From contig MU008169.1 in NCBI GenBank assembly GCA_010909165.1, positions 372,001 through 436,000 of the forward strand: DNA of 64,000 nt. The letters run 5' to 3'. Below the pieces are notes generated by a model. It saw only the letters and a program-made list of their open reading frames with translations. It made no database searches and was not told the origin of the DNA. This DNA is from Anthoceros angustus (Eukaryota > Plantae > Anthocerotophyta). Below are positions 26,593 through 38,891 of this stretch, one piece after another; position 1 is the stretch's first letter, and each line of letters begins with the position of its first letter. The position numbers and the translations under genes are program-made.

Positions 26593-27449
26593 CTCTTCAC
26601 CCCGCCAACAAGCTCCCCAGCTTCCAAGTCATCAAGGAATTTGGTCGGGATTCGACATGACGGACTCCAACAGACTCCCAGACTGCGGCCTCCGTTTTCT
26701 GGGAACAGCTGCAGTCACTCTAACACCCCACCCTTAACGACGGTCATTCTGCCCATCTCGAGGCAGCTCTTCTGCCTCACGCCCGCTGCTTCCAGGAATC
26801 TTCATCCGCAACTCTCGGAATTGTTTCACGATAGGGGACTGTGCTAGCCAAGGAAGAGAGCTGTGGTGAGCACCCCGAACATTAACGAGCTGCTTTCTCC
26901 TCTCCACCCCTATTCGGTTGCGAATAGAAAGCTCCCAGTACTCAAGTTTCGCCGCATACGGCCAAAGCCAAATCTAGCTATGATGCCTTCTATTTAGTTC
27001 TTTTCGCTTTCGTTACCAAAATTCATTTCCCTTTTAATTCATACTATTATTTAATTCATTGATTTTTACCCGTATCGTTACCGTTATCGGACCTGCGGTT
27101 CGGACATCTGGACTAGGCGATTGAACCGGAATTGGGCCACGAGTTTGCCATCACGGTAGTTTGTAGTTGCTTGTTCAAGCTGAATGGCTGAATGCAAGAC
27201 ATATGTTAGGGCAAATTGAGCAGGAAAAGAATCTGATTTTACTTTCCTTTCTCTCCTCATTTTTTCTTGTTTGAGAATTTTGATAGCTTTGAATGAGAAT
27301 TCTACTCAGAGGTTGGTTCACTATGTGTGATTAAATTGTCTAGCCTTGTACTCACAAAGGTCTCAACACACAAGAATTGTTAGATTAGATATCCTAAATC
27401 TCATGGACGTCAAGTGAAAGGGTCTCATATAACAAGGTATCCTTCGAGT

Positions 27450-27780
27450 TATAGGTTGAAGTAATTAACATCCCGTCAGATAGTTTTTGGAACCTTAAGG
27501 ATCTTGAGACCTCAAACTTCTCTCCTTTTGATTAGGATGGACATCATTCTTCAATTGACAAGCAGCATTGCATTCTCGTACCATATGTTTTTTGCCGCTT
27601 CTATATAACATAACTATCATCAAGTAATCAATTATGTACTCACAATAACAGCTAATCCCAAGGAGGAAATGATATTGGGTTCGTCTGCATGCTCAATACC
27701 ATATATGAATTTTGGTATGTATATAGAGTATTGTATCATGATCTAGGCTTTCATAAAATGACTTTTTGGGTATGTGGTCT
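27450..27780 (-). mobile_element. Possible degenerate copia integrase remnant
   Basis: Minus-strand YGIEHADEPN...KNIWYENAM...LKV loosely follows copia GIxHQxSxP...FWAEA...LRVFG. Many lesions. Confidence 0.25.
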
Positions 27781-27867
27781 ACATGCTTTATACCATAGAT
27801 GAATTTGTGGTATGTATAGAGAGTACTATGTCTGGATCTAAGCTTTCTCTTTTGTACATGGCTTTTA

Positions 27868-27982
27868 GGAGAAGAATTCTATTACAATCCACTGAGGAGC
27901 TCATTTCCATCATGGGACTTAGTACTTGGCAACTTGCACCATTGTGCAAGTTGAGTAGTTAAGCACCCTAGGGGTGCATCAT
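27868..27982 (-). mobile_element. (CTT)n-tailed retroposon 3' end, copy 3 (diverged)
   Basis: Reverse complement gcacaatggtgcaagttgccaagtactaagtcccatgatggaaatgagctcctcagtggattgtaatagaattcttctcc aligns with 3977-4060. Confidence 0.7.
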
Positions 27983-28043
27983 TGTTGGGGTGGGGTTCCC
28001 CTACGTTTAGTGAAATATTACTTACACGGTGATTGATTTACAA

Positions 28044-28118
28044 TACTATGCAAGAGTATTTTTGCATAGTACGGTGCCCCTAAAAATACTCTTGCATAGT
28101 ATATGTATTTGGGGCACC
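28044..28118. repeat. Compact nested inverted repeats
   Basis: Perfect 20-bp inverted repeat tactatgcaagagtattttt (28044-28063) / aaaaatactcttgcatagta (28082-28101), interleaved with ggtgcccc (28073-28080) / ggggcacc (28111-28118). Confidence 0.85.
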
Positions 28119-28477
28119 TTACTTTCCACGAGAGTTCTTTAGCATGAGTTCTTTCACAAACGATATTTGTAGTTAGTATCTGGTCTAAGGGATCACATCA
28201 AAGAGGAGATGTCATTTGTCATCTTTGGAGAATAGAAAAGATGTTTGTAGTTAGCATTTGGTGAAAGGGATTACATCAAATAGGAAATGCATGGTGTGCA
28301 TTGCCACAACAACCCAGTGCATGATAATAGAGAAAAGTGCATAATATGACAATAGAGAAGTGCATAATATGTTCAATCTGCTTGCGTAAGTCTGGACTTC
28401 GACATATGTTCAAGATTTGTTATCAGGTTTCTGTAAATTCTAATTAATATGCTTTCTATACGACAGCTCTGGCAGGG

Positions 28478-28677
28478 GCAGAGATAAGCATATGCTTGGA
28501 AATGTGTCTACCATATACCTTTTCGGGGGGCAGAGATAAGCATATGCTTGGAAATGTGTCTACCATATACCTTTTCGGGCTCTAGCATATGCTTGGAAAT
28601 GTGTCTACCATATACCTTTTCGGGCTCTAGCATAGATGAGCCGATGCTTGGAAATGTGTCTACCATATACCTTTTGG
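28478..28677. repeat. Tandem repeat of 45-53 bp, 4 copies
   Basis: Core atgcttggaaatgtgtctaccatatacctttt is repeated four times. Confidence 0.9.
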
Positions 28678-29260
28678 GGCTACTTCGAAAGATCTCCAAG
28701 AAACTAGTAGAAAAGGAAAGAGGTAGCTCTGTCTTCACCTTATTCTTACAAACAGAAAGAAAGGCTTTATAGAAACATTATCTGCAAATATTATCTCTTG
28801 GGAGCAAATGCATGGTGTGGATTTCCACAATAACCGTGTGTATGGCAACAAAGAAAAGTGCATAATATGTTCAATCTGCTTAATTTTCCTGCAAACAAAA
28901 TGTGGTTAAGATCAGACTTCCAAATTGAACATCCAATATCTGACAACAAACTTTTTATTCATCTTAAGTACATTATTCATCTTAAAGCAGATAAGTTCAA
29001 TCCGCTTAAGTCGGGACTTAAAAAATACATTAAACATATTATGAACTTTTCTCTGTTGGCATGCACTCGGTTGTTGGCATGCACTCGGTTGTTGTAGAAA
29101 TCCATACCAGTATACAACACCTAAGCTTTTCCGTTTGGAAGAATGAGATGAAAATAAAACACTTCTTCCCTGTTTCACCAGCTTCTTGGAGAACTTCGTA
29201 GATAGCACCGAAAGGTGGTAAACAGATCTCCAAGCATCTGCGTGCCCATCTCTGCCTGAG
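28640..29260. repeat. Diverged long inverted repeat (fold-back), arms about 28640-28880 and 28990-29260
   Basis: gatgcttgga...ctccaagaa...ttcttacaaacagaaa...ggatttccacaataaccg...aaaagtgcataatatgttcaat on + is matched by a reverse-complement copy in the right arm. A further partial copy lies at 28289-28385. Confidence 0.7.
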
Positions 29261-29805
29261 CCGCTGCGCAAAAAGCCTATTAGTTAGAAGAGACAAAAAC
29301 CTTAACATAACAGCGACAGTACAGCTGCTAGAAAAGAAGGCCAAAACGAAGGTATAGATGCCCTGAGCATCCAATCCCTCTGCCATCACGCTGGACCCAG
29401 AGTACTGAAAAAGCCAGCCCACAGATTCGCAAGGCGGCAACCAATTGCTGCCCGTGGGAGGGCGGCGGCGCCGGCAAGAAATAGTGGAGCACCTAGAGAC
29501 CTGCCGGCAGAGACGAGAGAGCGGGCAATCAGTGGGACAGACAGGAGATCCTTACCTCATTTCGCGAACAAACTCGAGCGGTGACAACGCAGAAGAGAAA
29601 GAGACGTCACCAAAGCGCCCCAATTCCACAAGATCTGAGCCAAAATCAAGGCCTGCACCGGGGCCCTAACCCCTGATCTCCAAGACCCAGGCAGATCCCA
29701 AGAGAGTCCACATGAGGGAGACGCAGCGCGTGAAGTTGCCTCCGCGCGTCTCTTTTCTGTTTCTTTCTTTCATGATAAGAGCTGCCAGGATCAGTGTTAG
29801 CCATC

Positions 29806-29918
29806 CATGTCCATGTCTCAGTGTGGACAGGAATGGACAAGTCCATGTCTCAGTGTGGACCGGAATGGACATGTCCATGTCTCGGTGTGGACAGGAATGG
29901 ACATGTCCACGTCTCAGT
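29806..29918. repeat. 32-bp tandem repeat, about 3.5 copies
   Basis: Unit catgtccatgtctcagtgtggacaggaatgga. Confidence 0.9.
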
Positions 29919-29965
29919 AAGAGCATTCTCCCCCAGTGAGCACTTGCAACACTTCATCACTTTCC

Positions 29966-32657
29966 TCACGGTCGACTCTTACAACTGCAACAACCAGCTG
30001 TGAATCGATGCACACGGTACCCATCCCTTACAACAATGTCTCTTTGTTCAACCCTTGACATTATCTCCGGGGAACTGTGGCAGTCACTGCACATGCGTGG
30101 ATTCTTCGTTACCACCAGAGGCGTCCCACTCGGAGTGTTCAAGAGACCAAACGCCAAAGCTAGCTTCTCAGCATGCCCACATAGCGCATCTTCCTTTTCC
30201 GTCTCACACAATGGCTTCAACACCAGGTTAGTGTGAGGTACGTGGCCTCCTTCCTGCTTCACACGTGCATTTGTGCTCTATATCTTAAGCGCAATATCCA
30301 TTCTCCTTTCTCCCACCAGAAATCTGTGTACCTCCTTGTTCACCTCAAACCTGGCGTGCATCTTCCACTTTGCCACATTTTGAATACCCAGCAATCAGCG
30401 CTGTCCATGTCACCACATTCTTTGTGTTCATGCTGTCAAAAATCTGGCGTGCATCTTCCAGCTCACCACATTTTGCATACATGTCCACCAGGCAGGTGCC
30501 CACCACTACGTCATCCAGCAGCCCTCTTTTAACAATCTGTGAGTGCAGCTGTCTGCCCTTCTGTAAGGCACCACTGCTTCCACAGGCATTCAGAAGGCAG
30601 GCAAAAGTGAAATGGTCAGCCAAAATGAGGCCCGCCTCCTCCATATATGTCCATACACAAAAAGCACCTCACGGCTGAGTCCTTGCTGTGCATACCCAGC
30701 GATCAGCGTGGTCCATGTCACCACATTCTTTGTGTTCATGCTGTCAAAAATCTGGCGTGCATCTTCCAGCTCACCACATTTTGCATACATGTCCACCAGG
30801 CAGGTGCCCACCACTACGTCATCCAGCAGCCCTCTTTTAACAATCTGTGAGTGCAGCTGTCTGCCCTTCTGTAAGGCACCACTGCTTCCACAGGCATTCA
30901 GAAGGCAGGCAAAAGTGAAATGGTCAGCCAAAATGAGGCCCGCCTCCTCCATATATGTCCATACACAAAAAGCACCTCACGGCTGAGTCCTTGCTGTGCA
31001 TACCCAGCAATCAGGGCATTTCCATGTCACCACATTCTTTGTGTTCATGCTGTCAAAAACCTGGCGTGCATCTTCCAGCTCACCACATTTTGCATACATG
31101 TCCACCAGGCAGGTGCCCACCACTACGTCATCCAGCAGCCCTCTTTTAACAATCTGTGAGTGCAGCTGTCTGCCCTTCTGTAAGGCACCACTGCTTCCAC
31201 AGGCATTCAGAAGGCAGGCAAAAGTGAAATGGTCAGCCAAAATGAGGCCCGCCTCCTCCATATATGTCCATACACAAAAAGCACCTCACGGCTGAGTCCT
31301 TGCTGTGCATACCCAGCGATCAGCGTGGTCCATGTCACCACATCCTTTGTGGCCATGCTGGCAAAAACCTGGCGTGCAACTTCCAGCTCGCCACATTTCA
31401 CATACCCAGCAATCAGGGCATTTCATGTCACCATATTCTTTGTGTTCATGCTGTCAAAAACCTGGCGTGCATCTTTCATTTTGCCACATTTTGCATTCAT
31501 GTCCACCAGGCAGGTGCCAACAAACAAGTTAATAGGAATGCCACTCCGCACCACATCACCGTGCACTTTTCTGCCAGATTCCAAGTCGGCGGCAAATGCA
31601 CAAGGTTGAAGGGCAGCTACAAAGACGTGAGCATCAGGCTTCACTCCTGACCTACGCATCTCCTGGTACAGTTTGTATGGCCTCCTCAGGTTTCCCGTGC
31701 TTAGCATGTGCAGAGATTATGGAGTGCCACATGTAGACATCTGGTTTCCTCACCCTGGTGAACACACCCATGGCCTCCTGCAGCCTACCTCCACATGCAC
31801 ACATGTGCAAGATATGGTTCCCCAAGTATGCACTCGATTCGTACCCAAGTTTGACAGTGAGATCATGAACTCGTCGCCCCACAACCAAATCCTTCTTAGC
31901 TGTACACAGTTTTAGCAGTGTAAAACAGAGACTGAGAAGCACCAGAGTCTGTCTGCGCCAGAGATTCCAGGGCTCCAACGGCCTCAGAAAGCTTTCCTTG
32001 CTGACATAACGTGCTCACGGTCATAGCAGCAGTAACGACGCCCATTTCCGATCCTGCATGCCTCCCAGGTTCAGGCTTATCCTGAGAGCTGGACTCGGAA
32101 GGAGAGGCACCATGGCCCATCGGATGTGGAAGTGGGCTCCTTACACTGCTGCAGCTAGAGCCCATTTCCGAACCTGCACACCTTCCAGGTTCAGGATTAT
32201 TTGGAGAGCTCAACTCGGAAAAAGAGGCACCAAGGCCCATCTGCATATCCAAGGAAATGAGCTACTCGTCAACCCTAGTTGGCTTGAACATGTTGTTTAA
32301 CCACAGCACCTCGCCGGACCCCTTTCGCCGGAAGTCAGGAGCACGGGAGCTCTTCTTGTCTCGTCTGTTGTCCCACCACATGGTAGGGTCCAGAAAAAAT
32401 TGTTGCCACAAGTGCTCCTGGCAATGACCATCGCTGGAAAACCCGTCCCTACCTACACACTTTCTCAGAAGTGGAACTGCTGGGCTTCTTACACTGCTGC
32501 ACCTGGAGGCTTTGCTTGCCAGCGGTCGACTCCCTAAGATGAGGTAAGCAGGAGCTCTTAGTAGAATCCCTGTACACACACCAATTTATTGAGTCCCACC
32601 TGAAAGCCAAAGCCTTGCAAAGAGACGAAAACAAGCTTCAGCCTTCGCAGCGGCCAT
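29966..32657 (-). pseudogene. PLS-class PPR-DYW (DYW:KP/GRP-like) RNA editing factor pseudogene with N-terminal OSB-type PDF motif
   Basis: One colinear frame from ATG 32657 (transit-like) through LWQQFFLDPTMWWDNRRDKKSSRAPDFRRKGSGEVLWL (32298-32411), P/L/S repeats (DHFTFACLLNAC, DVVVGTCLVDMYAKCG, KNVVTW), then EVNKEVHRFLVGE...HAEKLALAFGLL...KNPRMCSDCH...RDIVVRDGYRVHRF..GCCSCKSRP. In-frame stops at 32586-32588, 32262-32264 and 31423-31425, several frameshifts, and E domains missing. Confidence 0.9.
30384..31345 (-). repeat. Three near-identical tandem PLS-triplet units (308/308/309 bp)
   Basis: ORFs starting at 30644, 30952 and 31261 begin with the same MEEAGLILADHFTF...ARQ sequence. Each unit carries the same 2-nt insertion (catATatg). 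Confidence 0.92.
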
Positions 32658-33877
32658 CGTTCAGGGACCGCTGTCGGAGGCGCATTCCAGGAAAGCAAGA
32701 GCTCCACTGTCGCTAGGGTTCGACAAGTTACACCCCTAACACATAAACAAGACAGAGCAACAGGGTCATGCAACACTGGAGCCAGGTGACATGGAGATAA
32801 GCTAAGCTCAAAGTTGTCGTACTGATCCTTACCTGCTTTCCAGCAACTCGCGGTAGTGCACAAAAGCATCAGCAAGACCTACTACACGCTTCCACGCCGG
32901 TCTTGTGCCTTTGCTGGATTTCTCAGCAGCCTCTTAAGCAGATGGTGCAGGACTCAGACTCCCTTTACTTGCCCAGTCCACAGCTTCGTCCAAACTCCAC
33001 ATCGATGGACCCCTGCCGGAAATAGGGCTCAGGATCTGAAATTAAGGGCAGGATCGGTCTCTCGTCCTAGAAATCTGCTGAGCATATGATAGGAGGCCAA
33101 TGCAGAGCTTCGTGCTGGAACCCAACACCAAAACCCAAGGTCCCGACTTCGTCTCCAACACTCTGTTGGGTTTACCACAAGTTGGGTTTACCAGGGTTTC
33201 TGATATGGCCGCCTGGCGAGTTCCGGCAGAGGAGAATGCTGAATTGGCCTCGTACCAAGAACGCCGCAACCAACTTGTAAAGGTGGGTAGGTACATAGGT
33301 AGGTAGGTAGTCTTTTACACTAAAAAAACTTGGGAGACGCTAAAATTCGAATGACATGCAAGCGCGATTGCGTTTCAGCGGAAATAAAAAAAAAATGAAG
33401 CGCGAAGGCAACTGGGGAGGAAGGTTCTGCGCAGCTGCGTCCAGACCATCGATCCCGACGCCCGACTCTTCACGACTCGAATCGGCTGCGCACAATCCGC
33501 GGAGTGGGCCCTCGGATTCGTCCCAGGCTGCAGTGACTTCATTCAGGTCGTTCGTGGGGTGAGGCGAATTTGCGCAGAAGCGAAGAGTGGGCAGCCCAGA
33601 TCACACTTTTTGTTCAGTGTTGCTGGAATTGGCAGCGTTCCCGGGGCATCGCCTCATCCGAAGCGCAGGCCGGCGGGAGGACTGGATGCGGATGACGGGA
33701 GGACGTGCACTGGAGAGTCGGATGCATTCCCAAGGCGGGTCTGGGTCGCTGCTTTTACGCTGGGACTTCCTGCAACCTCGCCCCTAGCTGCTGGCTTGGG
33801 TGCAGGGGAAGGGAGTGGTGGATCAGGGACCGGGGGCGTAGAAAAGCTGGGTTTGGGTCGGAGCAGGGTCGGGAGTC

Positions 33878-35472
33878 ATGGAGGCAGGTGTTGGGTATGA
33901 GGAGGTTCCGGAGACCGAGATGGTTGCTGCAGACACGGATCCGCTTGTCAGACCAGAGAGGCATCGTCGGCACCAGTCAGTTTTCCCTGGAGCCGTGAAG
34001 ACTATGTCTTACAGATTTGATGGGCATGGGAAGTTCACCACGCTGGACTGGGATCTGAGTAGGGAATGGGAAGGGGATGATCTGGGGTTTAGCTGGTTCC
34101 ATGTGGAGTTGCCGAGGTCTATTAAGAAACCGGCCGTGGCGGCTCAGTATCTGATTGATGTGCTCTGTCCCCCGTTGAAGTTGCAGGACATTTTGGCCAT
34201 GGTGAGCACTGGGCCGTTCTGTGGGCCTGTGGATGGTGCCTTGATGTTTAGGGTGAACTCTGCTGGTCCGCCCAGTAGTAAGTTTACTCAGAAGATTGCT
34301 GCCCGTGTCACCAAGGATACTGTTATTACGGTGTCGTTAGGTAGGATTCCCAGACTGGAGTTCTTGAGTAACCCCACTCAGTCGCTGCTTACGGAGATTC
34401 CCAGTGTTGAGCCACCTTCTGGGCGGTCGGACAGGTACTTGGCTTCTCAGTCTTCGTTCCGAGGGAGGAACTTGAAGGATTATCCGGAGAGTATTGTGAT
34501 TCAGGAGCATGTGTTGGAGTTTTTGTTGACCATGAATCATCCCGATGATCTGGAAAATCAGGTTCCGACTGATGTGCCTAAGCTGCTCATCCATATTGTG
34601 GACACGCATATCGACCAGCTTCAGGATATAGTGATCAGATTGGAGACGGAACTGGATGTTGTTGAGAATGAGATGGACTCAAGTAAGCTGGGGTGGTTGT
34701 TTTGTGTGAGCACTGACCGACTGTTTTGTCGAACCTCAGAATGAGAAAGATAAGAGGCTGATGACTGACTCTGTACTGCCAGGTGGGTATGGAGTCAAGA
34801 AACAGATGCTTGATGAGAGGCGGTTCCCTCAAATGCATCTGGATTTGCAGCGGCTTCTTCAGGTGATTGCTCATGGGGAACAGGTTTTCCCACGAGTCAA
34901 AGACAAGTGGGGACGTTCAGAGAAGTGGACTGCGGTAGATGATATTGCTGCCCTCGAAGCACTCGTAGGGCGGCTGAGAAAGCTGAAAGAGAACGTTGGT
35001 TTCATAGCCAGTCGTGTTACCGCTATCCAAGCTGGGCTGACTTCGTGGCAGTCTGAGCAAATCAACCGCAAGCTCTACTACCTGTCATTCCTCTCCATGA
35101 TATTTCTGCCCCTGTCCATCGTTACTGGAGGTAGGTCATCAACTCAGGAACACGTTCTTGCTACAAGCCCAGGTTTTGGAAATCTACTAACTACGTCTGT
35201 GTTCAGCTTTTGGCATGAATGTGGGAGGGATTCCATGGACAGAGCAGAAGAACCCTGCCTTGAGAGACGGCTTTCTCAACGTCATCTTAATATGCTCAGC
35301 CATCTTGGGCCTGCTCCTCTTGTGCTTCTGTGCCGGCCCTGTTGTCTCCTTCCTTTCCACAGGGCGCAAGAAAGCCGCCGCCAGCAAGCTGTGGCAGAGT
35401 ACCAAGCGCACCATGTCCATCAGCAGGAGGAAGGGTGCCCCCTACCTCAACAGGATACACGACTCTCCCTAG
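33878..35472 (+). CDS. CorA/ZntB-like Mg2+/Zn2+ transporter, 3 exons
   Basis: SWFHVELP, LIDVLCPPLKLQDIL, ITVSLGRIPRL, INRKLYYLSFLSMIFLPLSIVTG|AFGMNVGGIPW (GMN signature) followed by a second TM helix. Confidence 0.92.
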
Positions 35473-36192
35473 AGTGTGGTGGAGTCTTGAATGAACAGGG
35501 AGCGCTACAAAACCTAACACATCAACCTGTGCCCGACTTTTTCAGGGCTTCCTCCTCCAATCAATCTCCTGCAATTCTTCCTCCTCCAATCGACCGTTGG
35601 CCAGTAGGAAGCCTCACCTGATGTAACAGGCCCCTTGTAGAATTCCTTCTGGTCATGGTAATAATCCTTATTCTTGTGTAAGATGCATCCCCAACTGCTC
35701 CTTACCGAAATCTGATAGGCTCGTTTCATACACGCACACAGCTTGATGCTGCAGCAAGCTTCTCATCATCAAGTGGTCGGCTTCTCTGATAAGCATATGA
35801 TACGCTTGCTTATGAGACGATTTATTACCTGTAGATGAGTCGGGTCAGCTGTATGTATGGGGAGTCCCTTCCCCGGAAAAGGACTGGATCTGTACATATA
35901 TAATTTCGGGAGCGGGGCGGATAAGGGCCTGGCCAGCCTCACCCGAATGAAGATTCTTGGGAGGCTTCCGGCGGGTGTGGCGACAGCCCGATTGCCTTCC
36001 AGGCGGGATGGGCCGCGATGAAGCCGACGCGCTGGCGACAGTGCCAATTTGCTCTGCCTTGTCTTCTCAAGTTCAAATTTTGTGTCTCTCTCGCCTCCTT
36101 TGAAGGATTGGATTTTTGTAGTTATGGTAATTCTCAAGGCTTGCTCTAGGATTGCTGCCGGCGTTGCAGATCGTGGGCTGGAGCAGAATCAC

Positions 36193-38296
36193 ATGGGCCT
36201 GGGCCTGGGCCTGCTGTCCACCTCTCCCCAGCTCGCGATAGCCCGCAGCCTGGTCCTCCAGAGGGGACATTATGGGGATGTGAGAAGGCTCAGCAGCAGC
36301 AGAAGCAGAGGCGGAATCAGCAGAAGCAGGCATGCAGTTGTGTGTGAATTGTGTGTTTTGCTGCCCAGACCCAGGAGAAGTTCCGTTCCAGCCCCCCAGT
36401 TTGTGGGTTGCGTGGGGAGGATCTCCAGGAGGAAGCATGGGCGTGGTGTGGTTTCCTGTGCTGCATTGTCATCGTTTGCAAGTGGAGAGGAGGGAGAGAC
36501 GGCGGGTCAGGGTTTAGAGGATGTGGTGGAGGATTTCGAGTCGATTTCCAGCGAGGATGCCCAAGTCTACATGCACAGTGGGAGCAGTAGCAGCAAGCTG
36601 GGAACTGCCAGCAATGGAGCCAGCAGTGCGCACAGGATGGTAGCAGGGGAGGCGGATGCCACTGGCGGGATGCAAGGGATGGCGGAAGCCTTCAACATTT
36701 CGTCACGGACGGCAGTGGGGGTCACAGGGAGCATAGCGGTGGCAGCGTTTGTGGTGCCCATTTTTCTGCAGTCGTCGGCTGCTGGGTTGGCGCTCAAGAC
36801 TCGGGTCTTGTCGTACGCCACGCTGCTGTTTGGGTTCTACATGGCTTGGAACATAGGAGCGAATGATGTGGCGAATGCCATGGGGACCTCGGTGGGTTCT
36901 GGTGCACTCACGCTCCGCCAGGCAGTGCTCACGGCTGCGGTGCTGGAGTTTTCTGGAGCCTTCCTGGTTGGATCGCATGTCAGTCATACAATGCAGAGTG
37001 GGATCTTGGTTGCTGATGTGTTTAAGGGACGAGATGCCATGCTGTTTTCAGGGATGCTGTCATCCCTAGCTGCTGCCGGGACGTGGCTGCAGGTATTTGC
37101 GTCTCTTGCTGCTTTTTCTGGGCTGCTTCCTGCGTCCAAACCTAGGGCTCTGACTCGTTCACTTTGTTGGGGTGGCAGGTTGCATCGTTTTACGGATGGC
37201 CTGTGTCAACAACCCACTGTATCATTGGTGCAATGGTGGGCTTTGGGATTGTGTATGGAGGACTTGGAGCTGTTTATTGGACGTCTCTAGCCCGTGTCGT
37301 TTCGTCATGGGTTGTGTCACCACTCATGGGCGCTGCAGTCTCCTTCGTCATGTACAAATGCATCCGTGTGGTAGGATTTTCATCTGTGAGCATATCAAAG
37401 GATTGGAAGCTGATGCAAGGTCAGTACTCTTGATGGGCTGACCGTTATTGTGTTTCTTTTATGATCAGTTTGTGTACAGGGCACCAAATCCAGGTCAGGC
37501 AGCAGCTAAAGCTGCTCCACTTGCCGTCTTTATTGGTATCACAGCTCTATCGTTCACAGCTCTACATGGGTCTGGAGACCCCCTGATTGCTGTGGCCAAA
37601 GCTTTGGGCTGTGGGTTATTGGGTGCAGCTGCTATCAGCACAGTCATTAACCAGCAAGTAGGTCAGCTTCTTGGGGACTATTGTGAACTTCCTTCTACGT
37701 CTGACGACCAGGAAAATAAAAAAATACGACCTTTGAGCTTAAACTTGCTAGCCAAGGTTGGAGGTCCGACTGGGACTCAGTTGAGGATTGTGTACAGTAT
37801 ATTCGGGTATTTGCAAGTTTTGTCTGCTTGCTTCATGTCATTTGCACATGGGGCAAATGATGTTGCCAACGCTATTGGGCCAATCTCAGCTGCTTTGGCC
37901 ATACTTCACGGTAGCAGTGGGCAGGTGGGCATGTCAACGGAAGTGTTGGCTTGGGGTGGATTCGGTATTGTGGCTGGCTTGTTAGTTTGGGGATATCGGG
38001 TGATTGCAACGATCGGGAACAAAATCACAGAATTGACTCCAACAAGGGGATTCGCTGCAGAGTTTGCAGCTGCCACTGTGGTGGTTGTTGCTTCAAGGCT
38101 GGGACTGCCCATTTCCGCTACACATACCTTAGTGGGCGCTGTCATGGGAGTGGGATTTGCCAGGGGCCTCAACAGTGTTCGAGGTGAAGTGGTCAGGGAG
38201 ATTGCGGCATCGTGGCTAGTCACAGTCCCAGTAGGAGCAATTCTTTCCGTGATCTATGCATCTGTTCTCGTCAGGTTGATCCCTTCCCTGGTATAG
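36193..38296 (+). CDS. PHT2;1: Inorganic phosphate transporter 2-1, chloroplastic (PiT family), 3 exons
   Basis: Two PiT signatures ([17 protein letters not shown] and [12 protein letters not shown]), plus [25 protein letters not shown] and a long transit peptide. Confidence 0.96.
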
Positions 38297-38862
38297 AAGG
38301 CCGTGTTCCCTTTCCCGTTTCCATGGCATGCAGAAGGCATGGTGGGGATTACCTTGTTCACGCCAGGAAATGAGGAAGATCATCCTCTTCCTGACATGCT
38401 TAAGGTACTCAGGGGCTGGGAAATCAAGAAGTCGTATCTTACAGGGCGTGCAGTTTGAGACTCGCAGCTGCTTGTTATAGCGGGACTCGTGATCAGAACG
38501 AATTCAGATTCTGGAGCAGGGCCTTTGCACGAATTAGTCGATTCTAACAAGCTTTCCTAACATTGTGTTCCCATGGAGGGACTGTCATAAGTGTAGCAGA
38601 CTTCTTTGTAGATAATTTGATTCTTTTTTATGTTTTAACTGATTCTCCAGGCCCCCCTAACCCCTTCCCTAATCCTTGGCACAAAGTGGAGCTCAAAGGT
38701 CAAGGCTGCTCTGATCCGCATGTTCATTTACTTTCTGGCCTTCTACAAGTTTGATAAAAAGCTCCAGTGTGTCGTAAGTCACTTGCGTGCAAAACGATTC
38801 ACAGCGGGATGCGCAGTGTGTTTTTATGGTGAAAGGATTACTGTGTCGTAAGTCTCTTGCGT

Positions 38863-38891
38863 AGAAGAAGAAGAAGAAGAATTTTATTTAA
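38863..38891 (-). mobile_element. Tail-only copy of the (CTT)n retroposon inserted in a local tandem duplication
   Basis: agaagaagaagaagaagaattttatttaa interrupts the second copy of gtgtcgtaagtc.cttgcgt...aaac...ttcaca.cgggatgc. The first copy (38769-38812) lacks it. Confidence 0.65.

Noticed and set aside
32262-32588. Idea that the TAA/TAG stops in the PPR gene are repaired by its own U-to-C editing
   Set aside because: The gene also has frameshifts, a TGG>TGA stop and a domain deletion, and U-to-C editing is known for organellar rather than nuclear transcripts. Ordinary C>T decay explains the stops.
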